Source: the human T2T-CHM13v2.0 reference genome, Homo sapiens. From it: 64,000 bases of DNA. This document shows, piece by piece, positions 14,510 to 26,400 of the stretch; position 1 is the stretch's first letter; every line of letters starts with the position of its first letter. The notes beneath the pieces were generated by a model. The model ran no database searches and was not told the DNA's origin. It saw only the letters and a program-made list of their open reading frames with translations. The translations under genes were made by a program, and so were the position numbers. The stretch is taken from NCBI RefSeq assembly GCF_009914755.1, contig NC_060938.1; one strand, 5' to 3'.

Positions 14510-14960
14510 TTGTTCTGGCTTCCCAGGACTACCAAGGTATTACAGTCTGGGTGGTTCAACCAACAGAAATGTATTCCCTGGAAGTTCTGGAGACCAGAAG
14601 GCTGAGATCAAGGTGTCGGCAGGGTTGGTTTCTTTTAAGGGATTGGAGAGAGAATTTGTTCCAGACCTGTCTCCTAGCTTCTGGTGGTTTGCTGGGTCTT
14701 TGGGGTTCCTTGGCTTGTAGGTCCCTGTCTTCATCTTCACATAGCATGCTTTCTGTGTGTTTGTGTGTATGTGTCTAAACTCCCCTTTTTATAAGGACAC
14801 CAGTTATATTGGATTAGGGGCTCACCCTACTCAAGTATGACCCCATCTTAACTAATTTACATATTCAACAATCCCATTTCCAAATAAGGTCACATTGTGA
14901 TGCAGTGCAGATTAGGACCTCAATATAGATTTTAATGGGGCACAATTCAATGCATGACAA
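14510..14960. mobile_element. MLT1-type (MaLR) solo LTR
   Basis: Hallmark motifs gttctggagaccagaaggctgagatcaaggtgtcggcaggg and aaggacaccagttatattggattagggg. Confidence 0.8.
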
Positions 14961-15914
14961 CACTACTCCTTTATTTGAGTGGAGGGTTGGAAGGAATATG
15001 GAGCGAAATGATATGATGCATATTGGTGTATTAAAGATCTGAGAAGTACTGAAATATAGAAACTAACATTTCCAAACCTATTGGATCGGAGTCCCCCTCC
15101 ACCATTTAAAAGCTCTCCAAATTAGAGTGCCATGGGACACAGTTTGAGGAATGCCATATTCTGTCTCCGACTTCTGGATGCACAAGGCCATGAATATTTA
15201 CTTAGATTTTAAAGGACTGAAACACGGAGGAGGGCCCAAAGCAGAGAGAAGGAGCAGCTTCTGGAGGTCCTCAGGCCAGGGCACCTATGACCTCCTCCCA
15301 GGAAGGACCACATCAGAGGGGTTGAGGTCCTGTCAGAGAGGCAGCAGAGGGCCAGGGTTCTCCAGCAGGGACTTGCTGCTTGGCTGTGTGTGCTCCCACA
15401 CTTCGCAGACACCCGGCTCAGTCTCGCTGTATTACACCTTCCAGATCGCAGCCAGGCATCTTGGAGTGGTCTTTCTCGCTCACTTAAGTGTTCCATCCAC
15501 TGACCAGAGATATTTTCTTAATGACTACAGGCAAATAGAGTCGCCATTCCACTCAGACACTCAGTTCTAAAGATCCTGTGGAGGAAATTCTATTTCAAGA
15601 AAGTGAGGATTTAATTAAATAAATACACATTTAATTTCCTGTGCTTGGTAGCTTTCGAGAGACAATCAGTCATTTACTCTAAAGTGTGTATCTCAGGCAC
15701 TCATGGGGCGCTTATTAACCTCCAAATGCCACTGGCTCAGCGGGGTTTGGCCTCAGAAAGACATTTTGCTGATAACGGGTAGCCCTGCAGCAGGGCCCAC
15801 ATCCGTGCGCGACGTGAAAGGGATTCAATGTGGCCTGTTTTCCCTTGCAATGAGCGAAGCTTTGTGGGAGAATAGAGGACACTAATAATGAAGCTTTTGT
15901 CTTTCTCTATACAG

Positions 15915-15956
15915 CTGATACCTATGTGGTTGCCAATGATTCAGTCAAATATCAAG
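15915..15956 (+). CDS. UNC79: UNC79 short penultimate coding exon (LIPMWLPMIQSNIK)
   Basis: Acceptor ttttgtctttctctatacag| and donor AAG|GTAAGT; 42 nt, phase 0-0. Confidence 0.9.
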
Positions 15957-16242
15957 GTAAGTCACTCCCTGGGCTGATTGGAAGCTCGGTTTCCTGCAGA
16001 GAACGTATAACGTTCCTAGGGATTGTTGATGCTCCATTTACTATGGAGAAGGATGAATTCAACCTGCTCCTGGCCTTAGAGGGCTGATAATGCAGGAGAC
16101 CTGTGGGCCAGGTAAGGGCTCTGCAGGCAGGGGGTGGCAGCAGGAACCATTGTCCTACTGCTTGAGGTTGGTGAGGATGCAGTGGAGGGCGGTATCCCAG
16201 GGTCTGAGCAAGCCTCAATCCACTGATGAGAGTACAGGCCGA

Positions 16243-16661
16243 GGCCGGGTGCAATGGCTTCTGTCTGTAATCCCAGCACTTTGAGAGGCCATTGTGGGAG
16301 GTTTGCTTGAGGCCAGAAGTTGGAGATCAGCCTGGGCAACATAGCGAGACCCCATCTCTGCAAAAGAATAAAAATTTAACTGGCTGTGGTGGCATGCACC
16401 TGTGGTTCTAGCTACTTAGGAGGCTGAGGTGGGAGGATCACTTGGAAGCCCAGGAGTTCGAGGCTACAGTGAGCTATGATCCTGCCACTGCGCTCCAGCT
16501 TAGGCAACAGAGTGAGACCCTGTCTCTATTTTAAAAAAAGAAATCAAAGAAATATAAATTGGAAATGAAAAAATAAACTGTCACTATTTGCAGTAACAAG
16601 ATTGTGTATATATAGACAGAGCAAGACCCAGTCTCTCAAAAAAAAAAAAAAAAAAAAAAAA
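16243..16661 (+). mobile_element. AluJ followed by a short L1-like fragment and a second Alu 3' end with poly(A)
   Basis: Alu dimer to ~16545, AT-rich L1 ORF2-like piece at ~16550-16612, then gacagagcaagacccagtctc(A)n. Confidence 0.8.
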
Positions 16662-17992
16662 GAGGAATAGCATACCGACCCCTTGGAGGATACCTAGGCA
16701 CATTCAGTGATGTGTCCTGGTTGCTAAAATGGATTTTCTATCATGAGAAGAATTCTGTTATGACAGGACAACCTCAAATAAATGATAGGATTGAGCTACA
16801 AGGAACCTACTGCCTCATTTTATATATGAAGAAATTTAGGACCAAAAGGAAGAGTGACTTGGTCAGGGCCCCACAGCCTAAAAGAGGAGATCCCGCCTGA
16901 ATATGTTTCCCAGCCCCAGGCTTTGCCTTGACTGGCGCTTTGTCATTGTAGGGGCAAACATACTCTATGACCAGCAAACAGAGTTACTGGGCGTGACTTA
17001 AGATGGCAAAGCCAGCTGCCTGCTCCATCCAAACCGGGTCCTGTCTGTAGCACTAAGAGTGTCAGGGGGATGGGAGGAAAAGCTGGAAAGTTTTTTGCTG
17101 GGTTTCTTCTCCGAGTTGGGGAGGGATGCTAGTGGAAGGAAAGCGGTATGAACTCAGGGTACCCAGACACCAAAAGAGAAAAATGCGGCTGTCAACAATG
17201 ACCACAGCCTTTGAGTCCTGATTACGGCCTTGGTGCTATTTGTGGCGGCCGTCGGGGGCATGGGCACTGCTGAAAACTGCCTCTCGGTACTAGTTTTTTC
17301 TGTGAAAAGAGAGTTTCTTGCACTCTCAGCTTGAAGCATTTTAAATTGCCTCTCTTACCCTTTCCCGGCTTTATGGCAATCTGTGGCGATTGCCCAGATG
17401 GCCAGGAGCAGGCCGACAGAACTCCCTAAGAAGCTTGGAGAAAGAAGAGAAGCTATCATCCTAGCTTCTTCATGTGCCAAGTTCTGTTCTGAGCACTTTT
17501 TTAACCCATTTGTCCTACACAAACCCCCTGAGTAAGTGTCACTATCCCCCCTTTACCCATGAGAAAACCCAAACACGGACCAATAAACCTTGTTCCCAAA
17601 GTCGCCTATAGAAGAGCCAGGCTTTGAACACAGGGATCCTGACAGCAGAACCCGGGCACTTCACCACCACACCAGGTCCCTGTCGTAAACAGTTCACTGG
17701 GGCCAAGTTTATGTGTTAGCCCAGCACTGGTGTGGCAGCTTTATGTTTTCATTGCAGTGAGTCTGTCAAGGTGAGCATGTCATTATTATGATGGGTTTGG
17801 GCCAGGACGACTCTAGAAAACACGGTGCGATCCCCCGCCCTGGGCACTGCCAGAGTAGAGAGTTTGCCTTCTTCAGGCCAGACAACCCTTGAGCCAAGCC
17901 TAAATTCTGCCTGCAAGAAGCCGCCCGGGTCGACACTCCCTGGGTTGCCCGTGAAAAGAAATAAACTAAAACCTCTTGCCCTTTTTCGACAG

Positions 17993-18193
17993 CACTTATC
18001 TGCGGGACTCCAGCTTCGCCTCCAGGCTATTCAGAACCACGTGAACCACCACAGCCTAAGGACGCTGCCGGGCTCGGGCCAGAGCAGTGCTGGCCTGGCA
18101 GCCCTCCGAAAGTGGTTGCAGTGCACTCAGTTCAAAATGGCCCAGGTGGAGATCCAGTCCTCGGAAGCAGCCTCTCAATTTTATCCTCTATGA
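17993..18193 (+). CDS. UNC79: UNC79 terminal coding exon (HLSAGLQLRLQAIQNH...SEAASQFYPL*)
   Basis: Acceptor ccctttttcgacag|; stop TGA at 18191-18193; matches the recalled UNC79 C-terminus. Confidence 0.95.
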   Translation, partial: HLSAGLQLRLQAIQNHVNHHSLRTLPGSGQSSAGLAALRKWLQCTQFKMAQVEIQSSEAASQFYPL

Positions 18194-19170
18194 GTGGACT
18201 CCTCGGCGCTCAGTGTCAACACTCTGGTTTAGCAATAATGGGTTTAAAAACAAACAATTTGATCCAAGCAGGTTGGGGAACATATTGGTACTGTACATTC
18301 TCTTTCTAGTTTAGTAAAAGATGTGCAAAGGCCAGAGAGGGCCGAAAATGAAGCTTTCTTGCTACACATATTTCTGATGACTCCTTGGGCTATCTGATTA
18401 AGTGTTTCCTTACATTATTTTTTAAAAACCAAATCATTTTTCTTTAACTAACTTCTATTTTTTTTAAGAAAAAAAAATAGACTGGTGGGTACTCACAGAA
18501 AAGTTGTATAAGTCCCCCTGTTGCTATTTTTGATGATAGAGAATAAATAGGGTTTTTGAAACCTTTGTAGTGTTTTTTCTTAAAATCCACTCTTGGCAAT
18601 GCAATAAAAAAAACCGTCACCATAAGCCAGTGACACCTGACTGAAGCTTTTTGTCTTTATCCTGGGAAAAGTGGCAGCTTGCAAGGAACATTACAAAGTG
18701 CACTTAGAAATTAGGTGGTTAAACTGTGCCAATTGTTTTCGTTGTTTTATAATATCATTTTCCAAAACTGTCCAGTAAGTTTTATTATTTTTAAAACTAG
18801 TTTTTCAACTCATTAGTTCTAGGCTGTACTCTCTTGTAAGCTTTATGATAACCACTTTAGTTTTGTGAATAATAAATTTTATTCTTTTGTTAATACTTGT
18901 ATACAATTTAATTGAAAACTGTAGCTTGCACACTGGACCAGATGAGTCCCTCACTGGCACAGTGCCCTGCACCTGGAGTGATGTTTCATAAAACGGAATT
19001 TTAATAGTGTAAGAGCACCAAGATTTCTCTGCACCTATACCTAGCGTTGGACTGTGCATTCCAAATGAAATTCCTCCTCTTTATCCCTGTAATGCACTGA
19101 CTAACAGAAGACTTACTACACATTTAAACTGTATATTGACATGCTATTAAATGCGTTTTTTATTATCTTT
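18194..19170 (+). other. UNC79: UNC79 3' UTR with tandem polyadenylation signals
   Basis: AT-rich and free of repeats; AATAAA at 18542, 18603 and 18871, ATTAAA at 19146 followed by U-rich sequence; the 3' end is approximate. Confidence 0.75.
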
Positions 19171-20619
19171 GTGAGCCTGGGGTTTTTTAAAACCAGTTTA
19201 TAGAGCTAGAGTTTAGTTCCTGACAACCATTCCTTCTAAAGTTCTACAGCTTCTAACTTCACTTAAAACTGAAATTATGAATAAGAAAAGGCTTTCTTTC
19301 TGGCCATTTGATGAGAGGAATACACAATTTGTTTGAAGTCCACCTCTAGGAAGGACCCTGAGGGCAAAAGACCTTTTTTTTTTAATGTTTGTTATTAAGG
19401 GGCTTCCTTTTTCTTCTGGGAGCTCTGAGATCTTAATGCTTCTCAGAGGAAAACAAGCCCTCAGATGTTTAATTGTTCATATGAGTTCTAGAAAGAGTGA
19501 TCTTCAAATCTTCATCCTTATACAAATTGCAGAGGACCATTCAGGCTCAGTATGGAGAGTACAGAAGTGATCATTCTTCATATCTGGCTAACAAACTCTT
19601 CTGAAAGGCCTCTCCCTGGACAGAACCCTTCTCCGTCTCAGTCATGCTTGGCTGAGCTTCCGTGAACATTTTGTCTCATAGTCAAGTTGTGCATTTGTTT
19701 ATCTCACTTGTAAACGGTGACAGCTTTGAGCATACGTGCTATCTCTGTCTCCTCATGGTTTGGCACACAGTACATGTTTAATTAATGTCTATCGAATGGA
19801 ATGGATTCAGTTAAGCAACAGGCCTTGCTTGAGCTCCCCATGGGCACCATGAGCTTTGCATGTGACATTCTCTTTTTTTGCATCGGTTCCTGGAGGAGGA
19901 GGAGGCTCTGGCTGCTTCCCCTGTGAGGGTTTCTACTGACATCCTCATCTGGGCTCAGCTGCAGGCCTGGCTCTTGGCTAGTCCTGAGCCCACCCTGCCC
20001 CAGGCAGCCAGGATCTTAGTGGCCCCATCCTACCAGTAGACAAGGTCCAAAGTTACCCACACCTTCTTCTCCCACTCCCTCTTCTTTGCCCAGTTCTTTG
20101 AATGGACTTCTGCCTGAACTTTTCTTTGTGTTTGCATCTTCCCCAAGCTGCAGACGAACCCTTAACCTGGCACTCTTGACTGGGGCCCCCATTTAATGCT
20201 TCCAACTGTCTGGACCTGTTTCCTTGACCTAGAGTCTTGGTCACTCCCAGGCAAATCTCTCTCCTTGCTCTTGAGAACCAGGACCCTTTTCCCTGTCAAA
20301 CTGACCCAAATGCTGTCCCTGCTGGCACCCTGCCACTTCACTGGCTGATGGAAACTAGTGAGCTTCCCCCAGCCTATGCTGCACCCGCCATTGCCAGTGT
20401 CCTCATCTTCTTCCGCAACCTCATGTCCACCCTCCAACAAGTCGGGCTCAGGCACTTTGATGAAAAAAAGAGAGGGGACCAAAAGCTTCCAACCAGTTGG
20501 GCTCAGGCACTTAGAAGAAAAAAGGAAGAGAGGGGACTTATGGAAATTTAGCAAGATTGGCACTAATAATAAGTCGGAAGAGAACCCATTCACCTAAGGC
20601 AGAGGAGTCAGCACCCTCC

Positions 20620-20815
20620 GCTCACAGGTGCAATGGAGCCCACAGCCTGTTTTTGCAAAGTTTTAGTGGAAACAGTCACACTCGCCATTTACATATTGTG
20701 TAGGGCTGAGTTTGTGCTACAATAGTAGGCAGAGTTGCGACAGAGACTGTATGACTCAGAATGCCTAAAATATTTACCATCTGGCCCTTTACAGAAAAAG
20801 AGTGCTGACCTCTGA
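20620..20815. mobile_element. MER58-like hAT DNA transposon fossil
   Basis: aaagttttagtggaaacag...aaaatatttaccatctggccctttacagaaaaag. Confidence 0.75.
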
Positions 20816-20899
20816 CCTATGTAAAGGCCCCTGAAAGGCACTGAGCTGGAGCCAGCCCTTCTGTGGATATATTTCCCTTACCACCTTAGGGGCACTGGG

Positions 20900-23410
20900 A
20901 TTTCCATATTAGTGTTTCCTCATCTGTAAAATGGGGACAATGACACACATTCTACCTCAGAGGGCTGTTGAGATGATGAAAGAATGCAAGAAAAGGGCTT
21001 AGGGCAACACCTAGCACGTGGTAAGCACTTGTTAAAAGTTACTGATTATTCCTTTTATTCTTATGTTTAAGCCTGGAGAAGTAAAGCTACTTGCCCAAGG
21101 TCATGCAGCTAGTAAGAGGCAGAGCCAGGACTTGACCCAGGCTATCAGACCCCCAAGGACTGTGCTCCCAGCCGCTGCCCATATGAACTTCTGCCACAGC
21201 ACACATCATCCCCAGGTGATGGCCACAAATGCAGAACAGAGGGCAGGGAGATCTCAGCAAAATTTACCTGATCCAAATTTGACCAGCACTAATTATTGGC
21301 GTGGAGAACGGCCACAGTACAGACTGTTTTCCTTTCCACATAGCACCCTATTGGTTTCAGTGTGTGAACAGAATACACTGAGATTCCCAAGGGTGGAATC
21401 GGCCCAAATCTCCAAATGTGTAGATTCTATTCTTAATGATTTTTCACAAAGGGCATGCCTCTTATGAGTTGGGTGACCTTGGACAAGTTACTAAACCTCC
21501 CTGGACCTCTGTTTTTCCTTCTCTGTAATATGGTGCTGTCTACCCATCTTCCTGGGGTGATGGAAAGCTCAAATGGGTGGAGAACTGTGATGGTACTTGG
21601 GAAACTGCGCTGGAATCTGTGGACCCCTGGGAAGACTTGCTGCCTCCTGAAGAGCACACAGAGGGACAGCTCACAGCTACAGGCTCATTTGGTTTTGTTT
21701 CTTCAGCCAGTGCCTCAGGATTAAGACCTACAATACCCAGGAGAGCCCAAACATGGCAGTAGCCAAGAGCATCCAGTCTCCACTGTGTACCATCTCTTAG
21801 CAAGCATGTCATTCAGCCTGACACCGGGATGTTTCCAGCAAATCTCTTCCCGAAGACTCTCATCAGAGGCCAAGTGGTTGCAGCAGATTCGTCTCTGTTT
21901 CCAAGCTACAACAGGCCAAATAAGACTGGATTGGATCAGAGAAGATGGGTCCTCCCATCTCTTTCATGAGCTGGGCCCCTGGCATTAATTGGACAATGCA
22001 GATCGTTTATTATACTTCTTTAATAGAACTGATGGGCAAATATGTATATTTGGAAAATTGGTGTTTTGACAGTAATGGTAGGTTCTTAAGAAGAATGAAG
22101 GGAGTGGTTGGAACCCAATGGAATAGTACTGAACCGTGTTTTTGTGGAGTTTGAATGCTTTGGGAGACGGCTGATGTGTTATTAGTAAAAGGCTGGCCAG
22201 TTCTTCACTGACAGGAACGAGTAGTGAGCCTCAGTTGAAGGGGATACAAGAGAAACAATAATAGCCACCATTTATTGAGCATCTACTAGATACAAGCACT
22301 CTACATACATGATTTTTATTCCTTAGCCCCTTCCCCTGGGTGAGATAAGCCTTGTTATTATCCCCACTTTGCAGGTGAGGCAACTGAGGCCCAGCGGTTA
22401 AGTGCCTTATCCAAGATCATGCAGCTAGCGGGAGTAGCATTAGGACTGAAGGCCGTCTGCCTCCAAAGCAGGGCCTCACTCAATACATGTTCATTTCTAT
22501 TCCCTGTTTTTGGGGTCTAGGCTCCTTTGGCTAAAATGTGCCAGAAGCATGGGGTAGAGAGACCTGAGGGTCTTTTTCTTTGAGGTGGCTCAATGTTATC
22601 GGCATCTCTGTTTATCACTTCATCTCACATAGGCATTTTTCCCCTTGCTTTGGGAATTCATGTACATGCAAAAAAAATTTGGATTACAAATTAAATCACA
22701 TTTAGTTTCCCACTTAATATAGTAGTTTTAGGAGAAAGAATAATTATGAGTAGAAGATTGTGATGATAGGGCTGGGCACGGTGGCTCATGCCTGTAATCC
22801 CAGCATTTTGGGAGGCCGAGGCAGGCGGATCACCTGAGGTCAGGAGTTCGAGATCAGCCTGGCCAACATGGTGAAACCCCGCCTCTGCTAAAAATACAAA
22901 AATTAGCCAGGCTTGGTGGTGCGTGCCTATAGTCCCAGCTACTCAGGAGGCTGAGGCACAAGAATCGCTTGAACCCAGGAGGCGGAGGTTGCAGTGAGCC
23001 GGCCGAGATCGTGACACTGCACTGCAGCCTGGGTGACAGAGCAAGACTCCATCTCAAAAAATAAAAAAATAAATAAATAAAGATTGTGATGATAAACTCT
23101 GCTAGATTAGGGGCCTATTGAGGGTTTACCCAGCCCTAAGGAAACTTGCCCCTAATTACTTATAATCATAGTGACCAGTAGGAGAGCTTGTCATATATAG
23201 CAGTTTTGATATAGTAACTTCACAACAGTTAATCTTCACAACAATGCTGTGAGGCAGACACTTCTATTATTAACCCCATATTAGAAACGGGAAAAGGCAG
23301 GCATGGAGAGATTAAATAATTGCAGGAATCATTCAGTAAGAGATAGAGCAAAATTTGAATCTGAATATTTCTGCCTCCAAAGCCCAGGTTCGAGCTATTA
23401 CATATTACCA
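20900..23410. mobile_element. Cluster of MIR fragments (around 20900-21150, 21460-21600, 22260-22460, 23200-23400)
   Basis: MIR core motifs catctgtaaaatgggg, gaggcaactgaggcccag and cttgcccaaggtca. Confidence 0.65.
22770..23080 (+). mobile_element. AluS, full length
   Basis: Alu dimer; TSD aagattgtgatgata. Confidence 0.95.
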
Positions 23411-26400
23411 ATAGCTAAATGATAGGAAGCCCCTTGTTACTCATCTGACCTCCAAGGTAACCTAGAGTCATTTAGATCACAAGTTACCAGCTGGCAACCT
23501 GCCGGCTGGCCCTGGCCCAGAGCATATTTTCTTTGCTGCGCTTGAATTTCTAATTTCTTCCTTTGGTCTGGATACTTCTGGTGTAATATGCAGTCTCCAG
23601 CTTTGCTCAGTTCCCGCCACTGACCTCAGTCTCCAAAGCAAGAAGAACAACCCACCAGCCCATGGGCAGAAATCCTGCCACCTCGGGGCTGGTTTACAAG
23701 GCCTGGTGAGCTCATTCATTCACCTGCCTGGCCCTGCAGGGCAGTGGTTTTGCTCTCCACTTTAGACTGGCTCTCCCATTTTATGGGCCAAGAGGGGTGG
23801 GATGTTCCCAGCGCCACTCAGCCATGCTGTCTGCCCCATGTGGCCCTTCCTTTCCCTGGCATCACTCCTCTGCCCCCACCTGCCCCTCCATATGCCAACC
23901 ATCAGCCCTGACCCTGTTTCAGGCCAGGGCTGTTCTCTCCAACCCACGACCGTCCTGGATTCCTCTCACTCAGAGAAGCTGAGGTCAGGTGGGTGGGGCA
24001 AGGTGAGCCCCTGGCACCAGCTCTTCCCTGCAGGGTGTGCAGGACCTTTGTGGAAGCCACAGATTTGGCTGTTTTAAGAACAAAGAGCTGGCTTTTTAAT
24101 TATGCAGCCCAGACAGGCTCCCCGCAGGTGGGTGGAGAGGGAGCTCCCCAGGGCTGCCTAGCAGACGCCCTGATTTCCACTCCTTGAAGTGGCCACTTGG
24201 AGAAGGAACCAGCAAGCAATCAAGCATGAAGGACAGAAAAACTCTCCAGGTGAGGACAATCACTCTGCCCAGTGGGGATGCAGGGTGTGGGGGGCTCTGC
24301 GGACAGCAGGGTGTGCCCAGGGCCTCCAGCTTGCAGTGCAGAAGCTGGGCTCCCATGCTGGGCTCGGGTGGGGGAGGCAGGTGGAGAGGAACCCAGACAG
24401 GGCTTTGCAGCCAGGTTGGTTCTCAGAGTTGGAGTCTGGACTTCCTTGCTAACTTGCTCTCTGACCACAGGTGAGTCATTTAATCTCACTAAGCTTCAGT
24501 TTCATCAACTGCAAAATGGAGATGACAATTCCTCTTTCCTGTAAGGAGTGAAGGGAATGATGGCTGTCACGTACCGGGCACAGAGTGGGAATCCCAAACA
24601 AGAATGGGAGCTAACCTTGATGAGGCACGCCCTACTCGATGCATGCCTGGCTCTGTGTTAAATTCCTTGCAGTCACACAGCCATTTATTCTTCAAATTGT
24701 AATGCCGTGTGGCAGCTGGTGTTTTGCTGAAATGAAATCACAGCTTGCAATGGGCATTTGGCTCCCATTCTTCTGAGCGTGGTGCTCCCACGCTGCTGGC
24801 TTCGTGTGGTGACTCACGGCCCACTCACGTCTCTATGTTTGAATGAGCAACCGGGAAATCCTCCTCCATATGGTGCGTTCTGCCAGCATTTGGACTTCAC
24901 ACGGTGTGAGCGCATGATTGGGTTTGGAATGGGGATAATATTTTGAAAATAATAAATGGATATATTCTTTATTCTTCTCCAGGAAACCACGTGCCCCTGT
25001 CTAGTTCCATGGATTTCATGGGGCAGGAGGAGGTTGGGATGTAGGGGAAGTTCTGGCAGACAGGACGAGGAGGCAGACAGATCACCTCTTCAGGACCGCA
25101 GGGGATTGTCAGCAAGAGAAAAAGGGAGACAAATTCAGGGGGGCGCTGGGAGGCCAGGTGGGCGTGTCTTCACCTTCCCTCTTACGGGTGAGGATGTTGT
25201 AGAGATGCCCAGTTGAAAAGGCCCCTGGGAGCCCTGGAAGATGGTGGCGCATAAACCTCGAAGAGAGGCATCCACAGCCCTCCCTGAACCAGGTGAGTGT
25301 GCAGAGTTCAAAAGTCTCCATGGGCGTTCAGGAACACGTGCAGAGGCTGCAGTCAGGAGGAGGAGGCTGCTTCGAGCCTGGACATTTGCAACTGGAGTGA
25401 TGGGGGCAGGGGTCACCCTTCGCCTAGAAAAGCCCAGGCACAGCCCCACAGTCACCTGTCCAGGAAGCAGCCCAGGCCAGCCCCTCTGCAGCAGAGACCT
25501 GTGAGAACCCAGAAGATGCCGTGTGGCCTGAGCCCAGCTCCCCTGCACCAGGCTACAGATATCTGCTCAGGGGTGCCTGCGGGTGCTTCTTACAGGGAGC
25601 AGCCCAGGAAGATGCCTCAATGACTAAGGGTCTATCTACAAGACCCAGAGTCACCCAAAAGACTCTGGTCAAACCAGAAGAGGCTGCAATGCCATCAATC
25701 CACAAATTCAGGGTTTTTATTCCTCTCCCCCCTCACACCCAGTGAGGCAGGGACTCTGGACAGTTATATGAAATAAAATGCTATTTTTTCCTTTATGCCT
25801 GTGTGTACTGTGTAAAATGTATAACCCACTGTTAATTAACAAATATTTCCCATGCCCAGCACGTTTGGATGTTTGGAGGGCTGGATGTTTGATGACGAAT
25901 AAGGCCCCTGCTCCCGCCATCTTACATTGAAATGGGAGGAGAAAGGCAGGTACACAGATGGGCAATTGTTCTTAGGGGCTGAGAAGTGCTGTACTGAAAA
26001 TAAACTCAGGTGATAGAATAGAGAATGATGAGATGTGCTCAAAGAGAGCCACAGGTGGTAATCGGAAAAAGAGCCACTGGAGATTATCTCCCGCAACTTC
26101 ACAGATGAGAAATCCGAGGCTCAGAGGGAAAGAGCATTGCAGAAGTCACATATGAAGAGATTTTGTTAGACCCAGGGGTCCCTGACTGCAGCTGCTGTGT
26201 GCTTCCCACGGCAGGGGAGATACTCGGCTATAAATCCAGCTGAAATGGACCATTTAAAATCCAAGGAACTGTCTGGGTTGGAAGAGCTTGGAACTAACTT
26301 GTAGCCACACAGAGCTAGGTCTGAATTGCACTCTGTGCCTTAACTGCTTTTTTTTTTTTTTTTTAACCCCTTGGTAAGCCACTTAACCTCAGTTTACTCA

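Noticed and set aside
24960-25300. Possible + strand intergenic exon (acceptor ttcttctccag, donor CAG|GTGAGT)
   Set aside because: Isolated splice-like motifs with no partner exons or coding signal.
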